Positions 19,522 to 29,703 of a stretch of 64,000 nt of DNA are shown piece after piece. The stretch lies in the sequence record DRR723986_585; one strand, given 5' to 3'. Within the stretch, counting starts at the first letter, position 1, and every line of letters starts with the position of its first letter. A program made the position numbers and the translations under genes. Below the pieces are notes generated by a model. The model had not been told where the DNA came from. It saw only the letters and a program-made list of their open reading frames with translations, and did no database searches.

Positions 19522-21062
19522 TATTTGAGGTTTTTAGACTTTTCTTGAATGATTGTATGTATGCCTTTATTTGAAATTTTACTCTCCAGCCAACTTATAA
19601 TGTCCAAATATAAAAAAGAACGCTTTTCATAAGGGTGATTTTCCAATTCTTTCAAGTTTTTGTGTAATTCTTTAAATGCAGATGTTAGTTCATTTGGCAA
19701 GATCTTTTTAAGTTTTTTCAGAAACACAATGATTTCAGCTTGAACTTGATGAAGGTCGTCCATTTTAATTAAAAATTTAAAGGTGGACCGGATGAGTTCT
19801 TCTAAGTTGGCGTCTTGCCCATCTTCAAAGTGCGCGATTAATTTCAATAACCTTGAGTAGCAAAGTAGGTCTTGGCGCATGCCTAGTTCTTTGTTGTTGA
19901 CGATTTTATCCAAATAGTAGATGCAGGCTTTGTAATTCCCCCCACCAAAGTAAATGCTGGCTATTTTATAGTAAAATACCATGACATGATGAGAGTCAAT
20001 TTTATCTTGAAAACTCTTGAGCTCATTTTCAATTCTAGAAATATCATTGGCTCCAGTTAAAAAATCGCCGGTTAAAAAGTGTTGATTTATTTGATTGTAG
20101 CGTGTGTACAAAAATGCCAATGTTTTGGTGTTGCTGTTTGTTATGATCTTGTCATTTTTACTGATGGTTTCGAGTTGATTGAGTTGTTCTTTGAACTTTG
20201 AGTAATAGCGCAAATAAAACAAGGATTCTATCAGGTAATTCTTACCTTTTAAATAGTGAACTGGGTAAGCGTATATCATTTTAGGTTGGTCTTCAAACAG
20301 TTCTACCCATTTGGTAGCATATCGATAGCTTGATCTGAAATCCTGAATTACAAGAGCGTACCAGAGATGTGCCATGTATAAAAACAATTTTTCTCTGAAT
20401 CCTAAATACTCATTTTTGTAAGAGGGAAGGTGGTAATGGAAATAGGTTTTCGTTTTAAGGTAATCATCTTCATTTTTGGCATAGCCATTTTTTAAAAGAA
20501 AACTATAAATCTGAAGAGAGAGATTGGATAACTTGCTCGTAAGTACGTTTTGAATACTTAAGTCTTTTGCTGCAATGGCTAAGTTGTCAGCTCTACTATC
20601 TAATGAGCGGGTAATGTATTGTGATTCAATTACTTTTTCAAACTCAACTATTTCGTAAGCCATTGTTTTCTCATCCAGTTCTAAGGCGAAGACTTTAGCT
20701 TTATCGAGAATGTTAAGGCTTTGTTTATACAGGCCCTTGTTGTATAGAATAGTGGCAAAGTCGAGCTGTTCTCTAATTATGATTGGAGTAGTTTGAAGTT
20801 GTGGAGCAAGTCTTAAAGATTTTAGTAGATGATGATAAAGGTTTGCTCTGACATTGGCCAATTGTTTTGCGCTAATGGTTGTTTTTTCAAGGATGGTCGT
20901 TTTCGTAATGTTTTTATTACTCTCAATCAAATGGTATAATTCAAGATACTTTGTGTTTTGATTCGAAGGAAGTCGACCTGTGTACAATTTGAATTGACGC
21001 TTTTCAGACTTCGAAAGTGAATGGATAAGGTCTGATAAACTATTTTTTATCGAGTTAGACAT
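19521..21062 (-). CDS. conserved Bacteroidota all-helical/TPR-like protein, candidate regulator
   Basis: 513 aa; N-terminal LIHSLSKSEKRQFKLY segment followed by helical repeats; divergent from leuA. Confidence 0.7.
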   Translation of the reverse strand: MSNSIKNSLSDLIHSLSKSEKRQFKLYTGRLPSNQNTKYLELYHLIESNKNITKTTILEKTTISAKQLANVRANLYHHLLKSLRLAPQLQTTPIIIREQLDFATILYNKGLYKQSLNILDKAKVFALELDEKTMAYEIVEFEKVIESQYITRSLDSRADNLAIAAKDLSIQNVLTSKLSNLSLQIYSFLLKNGYAKNEDDYLKTKTYFHYHLPSYKNEYLGFREKLFLYMAHLWYALVIQDFRSSYRYATKWVELFEDQPKMIYAYPVHYLKGKNYLIESLFYLRYYSKFKEQLNQLETISKNDKIITNSNTKTLAFLYTRYNQINQHFLTGDFLTGANDISRIENELKSFQDKIDSHHVMVFYYKIASIYFGGGNYKACIYYLDKIVNNKELGMRQDLLCYSRLLKLIAHFEDGQDANLEELIRSTFKFLIKMDDLHQVQAEIIVFLKKLKKILPNELTSAFKELHKNLKELENHPYEKRSFLYLDIISWLESKISNKGIHTIIQEKSKNLK

Positions 21063-21173
21063 TGTATTTAAATATTTATAAAAATCTGTTATTCAAATAT
21101 TTAATAATATTATTGGTGATTTGAGCATTGGTGCTAAAAGTACTTAGAATTTTTAAGTGGTAAGTGGTGAATC

Positions 21174-21181
21174 TACTTTTG
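21174..21181 (+). promoter_or_regulatory. -7 promoter element of the leu operon
   Basis: TACTTTTG 19 nt upstream of the leuA ATG. Confidence 0.55.
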
Positions 21182-21200
21182 ATGAAAATAATTTTTGCCC

Positions 21201-22370
21201 ATGTCTATAAAACAAGTACAAATATTTGATACCACTTTGAGGGATGGAGAGCAAGTGCCAGGTTGCAAACTTGAAACGGATAAGAAATTACTTATTGCTG
21301 AGCGATTAGAGCATATGGGAGTAGACGTTATTGAAGCGGGTTTTCCAATTTCCAGCCCTGGTGATTTTCATGCCGTATCCGAGATTTCAAAACTCATTAA
21401 AAATGTAAAGGTTTGTGCATTAAGTCGTGCAGTGAATGGAGATATTGATGCAGCCTATGATGCTGTAAAACACGCTAAGTACCCTCGAATTCATACCGGT
21501 ATTGGAACTTCAGAAGTGCATATTGTAAAAAAGTTTAATTCCAATAAAGAAGAGGTGTTAAGACGTGCTTTTTCAGCGGTCAAGTATGCCAAATCTAAAG
21601 TCGAAGATGTTGAGTTTTATACCGAAGACGCTGGAAGGACAGAGAATTCCTTTCTTGCAGAAGTATGCGAACAGGCCATTTTAGCCGGGGCGACAGTGTT
21701 AAATATCCCGGATACAACCGGTTATTGCATGCCAACGGAGTATGGTGCAAAAATCAAGTATTTACTAGAAAATGTAAAAGGAATTCATAAAGTTCAGCTC
21801 TCTACTCATTGTCATAATGATTTGGGATTGGCTACTGCAAATGCCATAGCTGGGCTTGAAAATGGTGCGCAGCAAATTGAATGCACCATGAATGGAATAG
21901 GAGAAAGGGCAGGTAATACATCTTTAGAAGAAGTGGTAATGATCCTTAAACAGCCTCAGTATGAACAGTATGCAACTAGAATCAATTCAAAATTATTGGT
22001 TGAAACGAGTCAATTGGTTTCAGATTTAATGGGAATGCCTGTACAGCCAAACAAAGCAATAGTGGGCTCAAATGCTTTTGCTCATTCTTCTGGTATTCAT
22101 CAAGATGGTGTGATAAAGGCCAGGGAAACTTATGAGATTATTGATCCCAGAGATGTTGGTGTGGATGAGTCTCAAATTGTATTGACAGCAAGGTCTGGAA
22201 GGGCTGCGCTGGCCTATCGAGCAAAAGTTATTGGCTTTCACTTAACCAAGCTCGAATTGGATTCAGTTTACAAATATTTTTTAAAGGTTGCCGATAGTCT
22301 GAAAGAGGTAAACGATAAGGAGTTGAAGACAATTTTAACGGCAAATGGTTTAAAATGTAACTTAAAATGA
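21201..22370 (+). CDS. leuA: 2-isopropylmalate synthase (short form)
   Basis: [25 protein letters not shown] and [10 protein letters not shown] motifs; ATG at 21201. Confidence 0.93.
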   Translation: MSIKQVQIFDTTLRDGEQVPGCKLETDKKLLIAERLEHMGVDVIEAGFPISSPGDFHAVSEISKLIKNVKVCALSRAVNGDIDAAYDAVKHAKYPRIHTGIGTSEVHIVKKFNSNKEEVLRRAFSAVKYAKSKVEDVEFYTEDAGRTENSFLAEVCEQAILAGATVLNIPDTTGYCMPTEYGAKIKYLLENVKGIHKVQLSTHCHNDLGLATANAIAGLENGAQQIECTMNGIGERAGNTSLEEVVMILKQPQYEQYATRINSKLLVETSQLVSDLMGMPVQPNKAIVGSNAFAHSSGIHQDGVIKARETYEIIDPRDVGVDESQIVLTARSGRAALAYRAKVIGFHLTKLELDSVYKYFLKVADSLKEVNDKELKTILTANGLKCNLK

Positions 22371-23719
22371 AGACTTTATTCGATAAAATTTGGGACAAGC
22401 ATCTTGTTGAAGAGATTGATGATCAAACACAGGTCATTTCAATTGATCGACATTATATACATGAGGTAACTAGTCCGCAAGCGTTTAATAGCCTGAATGA
22501 AAAAGGAGTTGCTGTAATGCGCCCTGACCTGACGACTGCCACTGCAGATCATAATGTCCCAACACAGGATCAAGACAAGCCGATAAAAAACGAATTGTCG
22601 CGAATTCAATTGGAGACTTTAAAGAAGAATTGTGATCAACACGGAATTGAATTGTATGGGCTTGGTCATGAAAATAATGGAATAGTTCATGTAATAGGTC
22701 CGGAATTGGGTTTAACCCAGCCTGGCATGACTATAGTTTGCGGTGATAGTCATACGTCAACGCATGGAGCATTTGGGACGGTCGCTTTTGGAATAGGGAC
22801 TTCTCAAGTTGCACAAGTATTGGCGAGTCAATCTGTGTTAACTGCTAAGCCAAAAACTTTACTAATTCAAGTAGATGGAGAGTTAAACCAGTACATTACA
22901 TCAAAGGATTTAATATTGCATATAATCAGTCAGTTAGGCACAGGGTTTGGTGCTGGATATTTCATTGAGTTTGCCGGCTCTACGATTGCTAATATGTCAA
23001 TGGAAAGTAGAATGACGGTTTGTAATATGAGCATTGAGATGGGGGCTCGTGGTGGTTTAATTGCTGCAGATGCTGTGACCTATGAATATTTGAAAACTAA
23101 AAAATTCAGTCAGGGCGTTAGTCTTGAGCAGTGTGAAGAAATGAAATCTGATGGCATTGAGGCTTTTGATAAGGTGGTGAAATTTAATGCTAAAGACGTT
23201 AGGCCTACGGTGACATTTGGTACCAACCTGGGAATGGGAATCGGCATAGAGGATCAAATTGTCACTCAGGACAATGATACGTTTACCAAATCTCTTGAAT
23301 ATATGGGGCTTACAGATAGGTTGAAACTTGAGGGTTTGCCAATTCAACACGTATTTATAGGGTCGTGTACTAATGGTCGTTTTGAAGATTTTGAGGCAGT
23401 TGCTGCAGTAATAAAGGGAAACAAAAAAGCAGCTCATGTTAGAGCTTTATTGGTTCCTGGTTCTAATGCTGTATTGAAACAAATAAAATCAGCTGGTTTA
23501 AAGGAGGTTTTTGAATCTGCAGGATTTGAAATAAGACAACCTGGTTGCTCGGCCTGTCTAGCAATGAATGGCGACAGTATTCCTGCAGGAGAATATTGTG
23601 TGTCAACTTCGAATAGAAATTTTGAAGGAAGACAGGGTGCTGGAGCAAGAACAATATTGGCTAGCCCTATAACGGCGGCCTTTGCTGCGATAAATGGAAA
23701 AATAACCAATCCAAATTAA
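22367..23719 (+). CDS. leuC: 3-isopropylmalate dehydratase large subunit
   Basis: [31 protein letters not shown] and [12 protein letters not shown] motifs. Confidence 0.96.
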   Translation: MKTLFDKIWDKHLVEEIDDQTQVISIDRHYIHEVTSPQAFNSLNEKGVAVMRPDLTTATADHNVPTQDQDKPIKNELSRIQLETLKKNCDQHGIELYGLGHENNGIVHVIGPELGLTQPGMTIVCGDSHTSTHGAFGTVAFGIGTSQVAQVLASQSVLTAKPKTLLIQVDGELNQYITSKDLILHIISQLGTGFGAGYFIEFAGSTIANMSMESRMTVCNMSIEMGARGGLIAADAVTYEYLKTKKFSQGVSLEQCEEMKSDGIEAFDKVVKFNAKDVRPTVTFGTNLGMGIGIEDQIVTQDNDTFTKSLEYMGLTDRLKLEGLPIQHVFIGSCTNGRFEDFEAVAAVIKGNKKAAHVRALLVPGSNAVLKQIKSAGLKEVFESAGFEIRQPGCSACLAMNGDSIPAGEYCVSTSNRNFEGRQGAGARTILASPITAAFAAINGKITNPN

Positions 23720-23720
23720 C

Positions 23721-24308
23721 ATGGAAAAAGTAACTATTATAAGATCTTCAGTTGTCCCAGTTTTATTGGATGACATTGATACGGATCAAATTATCCCAGC
23801 TAGATTTCTGAAGGCTACTAACCGTGAAGGTTTTGGTGAAAACCTATTCCGAGATTGGAGATTTAATGAATCTGGAGAGCCAGAAATGAAATTTCCTTTA
23901 AACGATAAAAAATGGTCAGGAGAAATTTTATTGGCAGGTGAGAATTTTGGTTGCGGATCTAGTCGTGAACACGCTGCTTGGGCCATTAAAGGCTATGGAT
24001 TCAAAGCAGTTATATCTTCTCATTTTGCTGATATATTTAAGGGAAATGCATTGAATAACGGTTTGCTTCCAATTGAATTGTCTAAAGCATTTATAGAGGA
24101 TATCAAGGAGGAGGTTTTATTAAATCCAGAAACAAAACTGGAAATCAATCTAGAACAACAGGAGGTGATACTAAGAGTTTCAGGAGAGCGAGAAAAATTT
24201 GTCATTTCGCCTTATAAGAAGGCTTGTTTATTGAATGGTCTTGATGATTTAGATTATTTAATTCAGATGAAATCGCAAATCAACGAACACATTAATACAA
24301 TATTATGA
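23721..24308 (+). CDS. leuD: 3-isopropylmalate dehydratase small subunit
   Basis: DTDQIIPARFL and NFGCGSSREHAAWA motifs. Confidence 0.96.
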   Translation: MEKVTIIRSSVVPVLLDDIDTDQIIPARFLKATNREGFGENLFRDWRFNESGEPEMKFPLNDKKWSGEILLAGENFGCGSSREHAAWAIKGYGFKAVISSHFADIFKGNALNNGLLPIELSKAFIEDIKEEVLLNPETKLEINLEQQEVILRVSGEREKFVISPYKKACLLNGLDDLDYLIQMKSQINEHINTIL

Positions 24309-25402
24309 AATACAAAATAGCAATTATTAAAGGAGATGGAATAGGGCCAGAGGTTATTGATGAGTCTGTCAAATTATTGAAAGTAATCGCAAGTAACACG
24401 GGTATTCAATTCGACTATCGATACGTTTCCATGGGCGGAGAAAGTATTGATAAATATGGTGTTCCCATTACTGATGAAGCAATAGAAACTTGCAAAAATG
24501 CGGATGCTGTGCTTTTTGGTGCCATTGGAGATCCAAGATTTGATAATAACCCAGATATCAAGATACGTCCAGAACAAGGCTTGTTAAAATTGAGAAAAGA
24601 GCTGGGCTTGTTTGCTAACGTAAGACCTGTTAAGGCCTATCAACAGCTTTTAGATAAGTCCCCATTGAAAAAGGAAAATATTGAAGGGGTTGATTTGGTA
24701 ATTTATAGAGAGTTAATTGCAGGGATTTACTTTGGAAACAAAGGAACCAATGATGATGGATCTTTTGCCTGGGATACATGTGAGTATGAGGTAACAGAAA
24801 TTTACCGGATACTGAATCTTGCTTTTAAAGCCGCTCAAAACAGATCTAAGAAGCTAACGGTTGTTGATAAAGCCAATGTAATGGAAACGTCCAGATTATG
24901 GAGGAGAATGGCTCAACAAATGCATAAGGATTATCCAGAGATTGATTTGGATTTTCTTTTCGTGGATAATGCAGCCATGCAACTGATTTTGAATCCTAAA
25001 CAGTTTGATGTAATCGTTACTTCAAATATGTTCGGTGATATCTTGTCAGATGAGGCCTCAGTAATAGCAGGGTCTTTGGGCTTGTTGCCTTCGTCTTCTA
25101 TTGGAACGAGTTCTGCTTTGTTTGAGCCTATTCACGGATCTTATCCACAAGCTGCAGGTCTTCAAATTGCTAATCCTTTAGGGAGTATCTTGTCTGTGGC
25201 AATGATGATGAACCATCTCGGGCACCCAGAAATTGAAAATGTAATTACAGAAGCCGTTGCTAAAAGCTTTGAAGATGCTGTAGTAAGTAAGGACCTTTCT
25301 TCTGAGAATTATTTTTCAACCTCTGCAATTGGAGATTTTATTGCCAAAGAAGTAAGCTTGAAAGTTTCTGTACCAATGCTTTCAGCTTGGGGTGAAATCT
25401 AG
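24305..25402 (+). CDS. leuB: 3-isopropylmalate dehydrogenase
   Basis: GDGIGPE, VDKANV, NMFGDILSD and EPIHGS motifs. Confidence 0.96.
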   Translation: MKYKIAIIKGDGIGPEVIDESVKLLKVIASNTGIQFDYRYVSMGGESIDKYGVPITDEAIETCKNADAVLFGAIGDPRFDNNPDIKIRPEQGLLKLRKELGLFANVRPVKAYQQLLDKSPLKKENIEGVDLVIYRELIAGIYFGNKGTNDDGSFAWDTCEYEVTEIYRILNLAFKAAQNRSKKLTVVDKANVMETSRLWRRMAQQMHKDYPEIDLDFLFVDNAAMQLILNPKQFDVIVTSNMFGDILSDEASVIAGSLGLLPSSSIGTSSALFEPIHGSYPQAAGLQIANPLGSILSVAMMMNHLGHPEIENVITEAVAKSFEDAVVSKDLSSENYFSTSAIGDFIAKEVSLKVSVPMLSAWGEI

Positions 25403-25459
25403 CCTTAAAGAATAAATTAGGTTTCCAATGTCTGCTTTTGATTTTATTCGAATCATTGT

Positions 25460-25467
25460 TATATTTG
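25460..25467 (+). promoter_or_regulatory. -7 promoter element of rocD
   Basis: TATATTTG about 115 nt upstream of the ATG, implying a long 5' leader. Confidence 0.6.
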
Positions 25468-25582
25468 TGTTTCTGGATGATTTCTCTCCATTATGTCCTT
25501 CGTTTTCTTGTTAGGACAAAATGAGGAAAGGATGAGCACTCTCCGTGATGAGCTTATTTATTAATTCATTAAATCTTAAAAA

Positions 25583-26824
25583 ATGGAAACAATGGAAAAA
25601 TTATCATCAGAACAACTGATGAAAATGGAGGACAAGCATGGAGCGCATAATTATCATCCATTACCAGTTGTATTAGAAAAGGGAGAAGGCGTGCACGTTT
25701 GGGACGTTGAAGGAAAAAAGTACTATGACTTTCTTTCAGCTTACTCAGCAGTGAATCAAGGGCACTGTCATCCAAAAATTGTTGGAGCAATGACTGCTCA
25801 AGCAAATAAATTAACATTAACGTCTAGAGCATTCTATAATGACTCGTTAGGGCCATACGAAAAATTCGTAACTGAGTATTTTGGATTTGAGAAAGTACTT
25901 CCAATGAATACTGGAGCAGAGGCTGTTGAGACTGCGATTAAATTGTGCCGAAAATGGGCCTATGAAGTAAAAGGAATTCAAGAACACGAAGCAAAGATTA
26001 TTGTTTGTGAGAATAACTTTCACGGAAGAACTACCACTATCATTTCCTTTTCAAATGATGAAGATGCTAGAAAAAACTTCGGACCATACACTCCTGGTTT
26101 CATTAAGATACCATATGACGATATTGAAGCCTTAGAAAAGGCCTTAAATGAAGAGAATGTTGCAGGATTCATGGCTGAGCCTATTCAAGGTGAGGCTGGT
26201 GTTTATGTTCCTGCTGACGGATACTTAGCAAAAGCTAAAGAACTGTGTCAATCGAAAAATGTATTGTTTATTGCTGATGAAGTACAAACTGGAATTGCAA
26301 GAACAGGAAAACTTTTAGCTGTTGATCACGAAAATGTGAAGCCAGATATCTTAATTCTTGGTAAAGCACTTTCTGGAGGAGCGTATCCAGTTTCAGCTGT
26401 ATTAGCGAATGACAATATCATGAACGTGATTAAACCAGGTCAACATGGTTCTACTTTTGGTGGAAATCCAGTTGCTGGAAAAGTGGCTATCGCAGCGCTT
26501 GAAGTAATTAAAGATGAGCAATTAGCTGAAAATGCTGAAAGATTAGGACAAATTTTCAGATCTGAAGTAGGGAAGTTGGTTGAAAAGTATAACGTACTAA
26601 AATTGGTAAGAGGTAAAGGCTTATTGAATGCTGTTGTTATTAATGATTCTGAAGATAGCTCTACAGCTTGGGATATTTGCGTTAGATTAAAAGAAAACGG
26701 AATGTTGGCTAAACCTACGCATGGAAATATCATCAGATTTGCACCTCCATTGGTAATGAACGAAGAGCAATTAAGAGATTGCATTTCGATTATCGATAAA
26801 ACGGTAGCGGAATTTGAGAAATAA
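25583..26824 (+). CDS. rocD: ornithine--oxo-acid aminotransferase
   Basis: [43 protein letters not shown] and HGSTFGGNP motifs. Confidence 0.96.
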   Translation: METMEKLSSEQLMKMEDKHGAHNYHPLPVVLEKGEGVHVWDVEGKKYYDFLSAYSAVNQGHCHPKIVGAMTAQANKLTLTSRAFYNDSLGPYEKFVTEYFGFEKVLPMNTGAEAVETAIKLCRKWAYEVKGIQEHEAKIIVCENNFHGRTTTIISFSNDEDARKNFGPYTPGFIKIPYDDIEALEKALNEENVAGFMAEPIQGEAGVYVPADGYLAKAKELCQSKNVLFIADEVQTGIARTGKLLAVDHENVKPDILILGKALSGGAYPVSAVLANDNIMNVIKPGQHGSTFGGNPVAGKVAIAALEVIKDEQLAENAERLGQIFRSEVGKLVEKYNVLKLVRGKGLLNAVVINDSEDSSTAWDICVRLKENGMLAKPTHGNIIRFAPPLVMNEEQLRDCISIIDKTVAEFEK

Positions 26825-26845
26825 TATTGAAAGCTAATTAAACTG

Positions 26846-26880
26846 AAGCCCTGTATCGAAAAGATATGGGGCTTTTATTT
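26846..26880 (+). terminator. intrinsic terminator after rocD
   Basis: AAGCCCTGTATC-GAAAA-GATATGGGGCTT followed by a T-rich tail. Confidence 0.75.
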
Positions 26881-27903
26881 GTACACTACTTTAATGGCTT
26901 GATTGGCCTCTATATATTTTCCATTATCAATTGCAGGAATCCAAGTAGGCATATTTTTAATTAGCATCTGTATTTCTTCTAACTGACAGGGACTTACGAT
27001 ACCGGAAACCACCTGTTCAAAGAATACATGACCTTCTTGCGTAATCGTTATCATTACCAAAAATTCGGTGTCATCCAATTGGTCGCAGTTCCCAATATTT
27101 AACTCTATGAATTTGTCTAATCCTCTAATTCCTGTTGGGAAATGGGCCTTACGATCTAAGGTTCCAAAGATGTCTTTCTTGCCGTTGTCATAAAGTTCTC
27201 CTTTGATAAAGGTTCCATTTTTAAAGGTTAAAACAGACGAGACCTTGTTTTTTTGACCCGTATATTTCACCATTTTCCCATGGGGGAATCCATTTTCATA
27301 TTCTATGCTAGTTCGTTTTTTTCCAGACAGAAAATATTCAACAAATTCTCCTGAACCGTTTTCTACCATGGGTTCCCCAGATTTAGAATAAGCTGAAATT
27401 AACTTTCTTTTCTTGTACTGATCTGCTGGGTTTTCATTAGAAAACTCCAAGTTGATTAATTCGGTTTTAAAAGCTTGACCATTCTCATGAAAGGTGTAAA
27501 TAGTGTCAATTGGTGTTCCTAAATCAAACTTTTCAATTGATTTTAAATGGCCATTTTCGTAGAAACGCTTAAGATATCCATTCACTAGCCCACCTTGATA
27601 TTCATAAGTAGCCTTTAAATTTCCGTTAGGGTAGAAATATTTGAATAAACCGAATTGATTTGAGCGCTTCATTTCACCTCTGTAGGTACCAATCATTTGA
27701 ATACTGCCATTTTCTAAGTAGTAATCATGCACTAGCAGAATAGAATCTCTCGACTCTTCAATTTCTCTGTAATATTTGGCCGTTGGTCTGTTAGTGGTAA
27801 TGTTCCATCCAGCATTTAAAAAAATCGTATCGCTTTGGGCAATACCCATGTTCATTGAGCTATTCAATAAAAATATGGGCAGTATGAATACGATTAATCT
27901 CAA
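26875..27903 (-). CDS. exported MORN-variant repeat protein with TonB-C-like C-terminus
   Basis: Signal peptide; repeated FY/YENG units; C-terminal PTWIPA..NG resembling TonB C-terminal domains. Confidence 0.65.
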   Translation of the reverse strand: MRLIVFILPIFLLNSSMNMGIAQSDTIFLNAGWNITTNRPTAKYYREIEESRDSILLVHDYYLENGSIQMIGTYRGEMKRSNQFGLFKYFYPNGNLKATYEYQGGLVNGYLKRFYENGHLKSIEKFDLGTPIDTIYTFHENGQAFKTELINLEFSNENPADQYKKRKLISAYSKSGEPMVENGSGEFVEYFLSGKKRTSIEYENGFPHGKMVKYTGQKNKVSSVLTFKNGTFIKGELYDNGKKDIFGTLDRKAHFPTGIRGLDKFIELNIGNCDQLDDTEFLVMITITQEGHVFFEQVVSGIVSPCQLEEIQMLIKNMPTWIPAIDNGKYIEANQAIKVVYK

Positions 27904-29210
27904 ATATGTGTTTCTAATAGATCTACTTTTACAATTCCGTCTCGATCAATTTCTGATAAACTCACTTCTACAATTTGATTCACCAGGCTCTTGTCGTAAG
28001 GTAGTTTGACCTTCACGTAATTATTAGTGAATCCAAAAATCGTTCCTTCATTTTCTTCTGCTTCAAAAAGAACGGGTTTTGATTTATTGATTTGAGTGGA
28101 GTAGAAGGCTCTTTTCTTTTTTTCTGATAAGATTTGTAGTTGTCTACTTCTTTCCCTTCTGATGTTCACTGGAACGGCATCTGCCATTTTCTTGGCAGTT
28201 GTGTTGGCACGTTCAGAGTAGGTGAATACGTGTAAGTATGAAATGTCTAACTCTTGCAAATAATTAACGGTTTTCATAAACTCTTCTTCGGTCTCACCAG
28301 GAAAACCAACAATAACATCAACACCAATACAGGCGTCAGGCATCAATTCTTTAATTTTTGCAACTCTTTCAGTATAAAGCTCAGTTAGATACTTTCGTCT
28401 CATGGCTTTCAATAACAGGTCAGATCCAGATTGCAAAGGGATATGGAAATGCGGAACAAAGTTTTTTGACTTTGCAACAAATTCAATGATTTCATTGCTC
28501 AACAAATTCGGTTCAATGGATGAAATTCTCCATCTATCTATTCCTTCGATTTCATCCAATTGTTGAATCAATTGGTAAAAGTTTTCCTCTCCTCCTTGTC
28601 CAAAATCTCCAATATTCACTCCTGTCAATACGACTTCTCTTACATCACTTTCTCCTAATTTTTTGGCTTCTAAAACAGTGTTGGCAATTGATGTGTTTCT
28701 ACTCTTACCTCTAGCAAGTGGTATGGTGCAGAAGGTGCAAAAATAATCACAGCCATCTTGAATCTTTAAAAATGATCTGGTTCGATCACCTAAACTGAAA
28801 GAAGGGATAAAATCAGTGGTTTCTTTGATGTTGTTTGATTTAACTTCCGCTATCTCCTTCTTCTCCAACTTTTCGATATGATCAAGAATATTGAATTTTT
28901 CATTAGCACCTAAAACGAGGTCAACTCCAGGAATTGTTGAAATTTCGCCTGGTTTTAATTGTGCATAACAACCGATCATAGTGACAAACGCCTCGGGATT
29001 AATTTTCAATGCCTTTTTTACAATATTTCGGCATTTTTTATCCGCGTTTTCAGTAACCGAACAGGTGTTGATTATAAAGATATCCGGTCGATCAGTAAAA
29101 TCAACCTTTGCAAAACCTTGATTTTCAAAGTTTCTGGCGATTGTAGAAGTTTCTGAGAAATTCAGTTTACAACCAAGTGTATAAAAGGCTACCTTCTTGT
29201 ATTGACTCAT
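27900..29210 (-). CDS. mtaB: tRNA t6A37 methylthiotransferase
   Basis: TLGCKLNFSE, INTCSVT, radical SAM KIQDGCDYFCTFC and C-terminal TRAM region; start at MSQYKK. Confidence 0.93.
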   Translation of the reverse strand: MSQYKKVAFYTLGCKLNFSETSTIARNFENQGFAKVDFTDRPDIFIINTCSVTENADKKCRNIVKKALKINPEAFVTMIGCYAQLKPGEISTIPGVDLVLGANEKFNILDHIEKLEKKEIAEVKSNNIKETTDFIPSFSLGDRTRSFLKIQDGCDYFCTFCTIPLARGKSRNTSIANTVLEAKKLGESDVREVVLTGVNIGDFGQGGEENFYQLIQQLDEIEGIDRWRISSIEPNLLSNEIIEFVAKSKNFVPHFHIPLQSGSDLLLKAMRRKYLTELYTERVAKIKELMPDACIGVDVIVGFPGETEEEFMKTVNYLQELDISYLHVFTYSERANTTAKKMADAVPVNIRRERSRQLQILSEKKKRAFYSTQINKSKPVLFEAEENEGTIFGFTNNYVKVKLPYDKSLVNQIVEVSLSEIDRDGIVKVDLLETHI

Positions 29211-29263
29211 AATGCAAAGATAGAGAAATGAGCTAATTGCACAGAGTATATCGTTCAATAGTT

Positions 29264-29300
29264 AAAAAAAATCCCGTCACGGAATAACCGAGACGGGATT
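29264..29300 (-). terminator. intrinsic terminator after the DUF3276 gene
   Basis: Minus strand AATCCCGTCTCGG-TTATT-CCGTGACGGGA followed by a T-run. Confidence 0.8.
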
Positions 29301-29321
29301 AACTATTGTTTTCAGTTGAAA

Positions 29322-29645
29322 TTACAATTCTTCGAAAGTAACTTCTTCTTTTTCTTCTTGATTTTCTTCTCTAGGCTCTGGTTTCTTGAATTCTCCAGTT
29401 CCCCATAATTCTTTAATCTTGTCTAAAGCCTCATTCATTCCTTCTCCAAACTTGTCAAAATCCTCTTTATAAAGGAAAATTTTGTGTTTTTCATACTCAG
29501 GTCTTCCATCATAGTCACCTGTTCTTTTGCTTTCTGTAATGGTTAAGTACAAATCTTTTCCTCTAGTCGTCTTAACATCAAAAAAATAGGTTCTCTTTCC
29601 AGCTTTTACACGTTTTGAAAAAACTTCATCATTTCTCTCGTTCAT
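29322..29645 (-). CDS. DUF3276 / PUR-like nucleic-acid-binding protein
   Basis: FSKRVKAGKRTYFFDV, YLTITESK and KHKIFLYKEDF motifs. Confidence 0.9.
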   Translation of the reverse strand: MNERNDEVFSKRVKAGKRTYFFDVKTTRGKDLYLTITESKRTGDYDGRPEYEKHKIFLYKEDFDKFGEGMNEALDKIKELWGTGEFKKPEPREENQEEKEEVTFEEL

Positions 29646-29703
29646 CTTTCCCTTTTTAAATTATGGTTACACAAATTTATAATTTCTGATGAAAATCAAA
29701 AAT

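Noticed and set aside
25473-25553. Possible hammerhead ribozyme (CTGGATGA / GTGATGAG and GAAA)
   Set aside because: No exact CUGANGA core followed by stem II and GAAA in the required order.
26875-27903. YwqK-like antitoxin suggesting a toxin-antitoxin system
   Set aside because: The similarity reflects generic MORN-variant repeats; the protein has a signal peptide and no toxin gene is adjacent.
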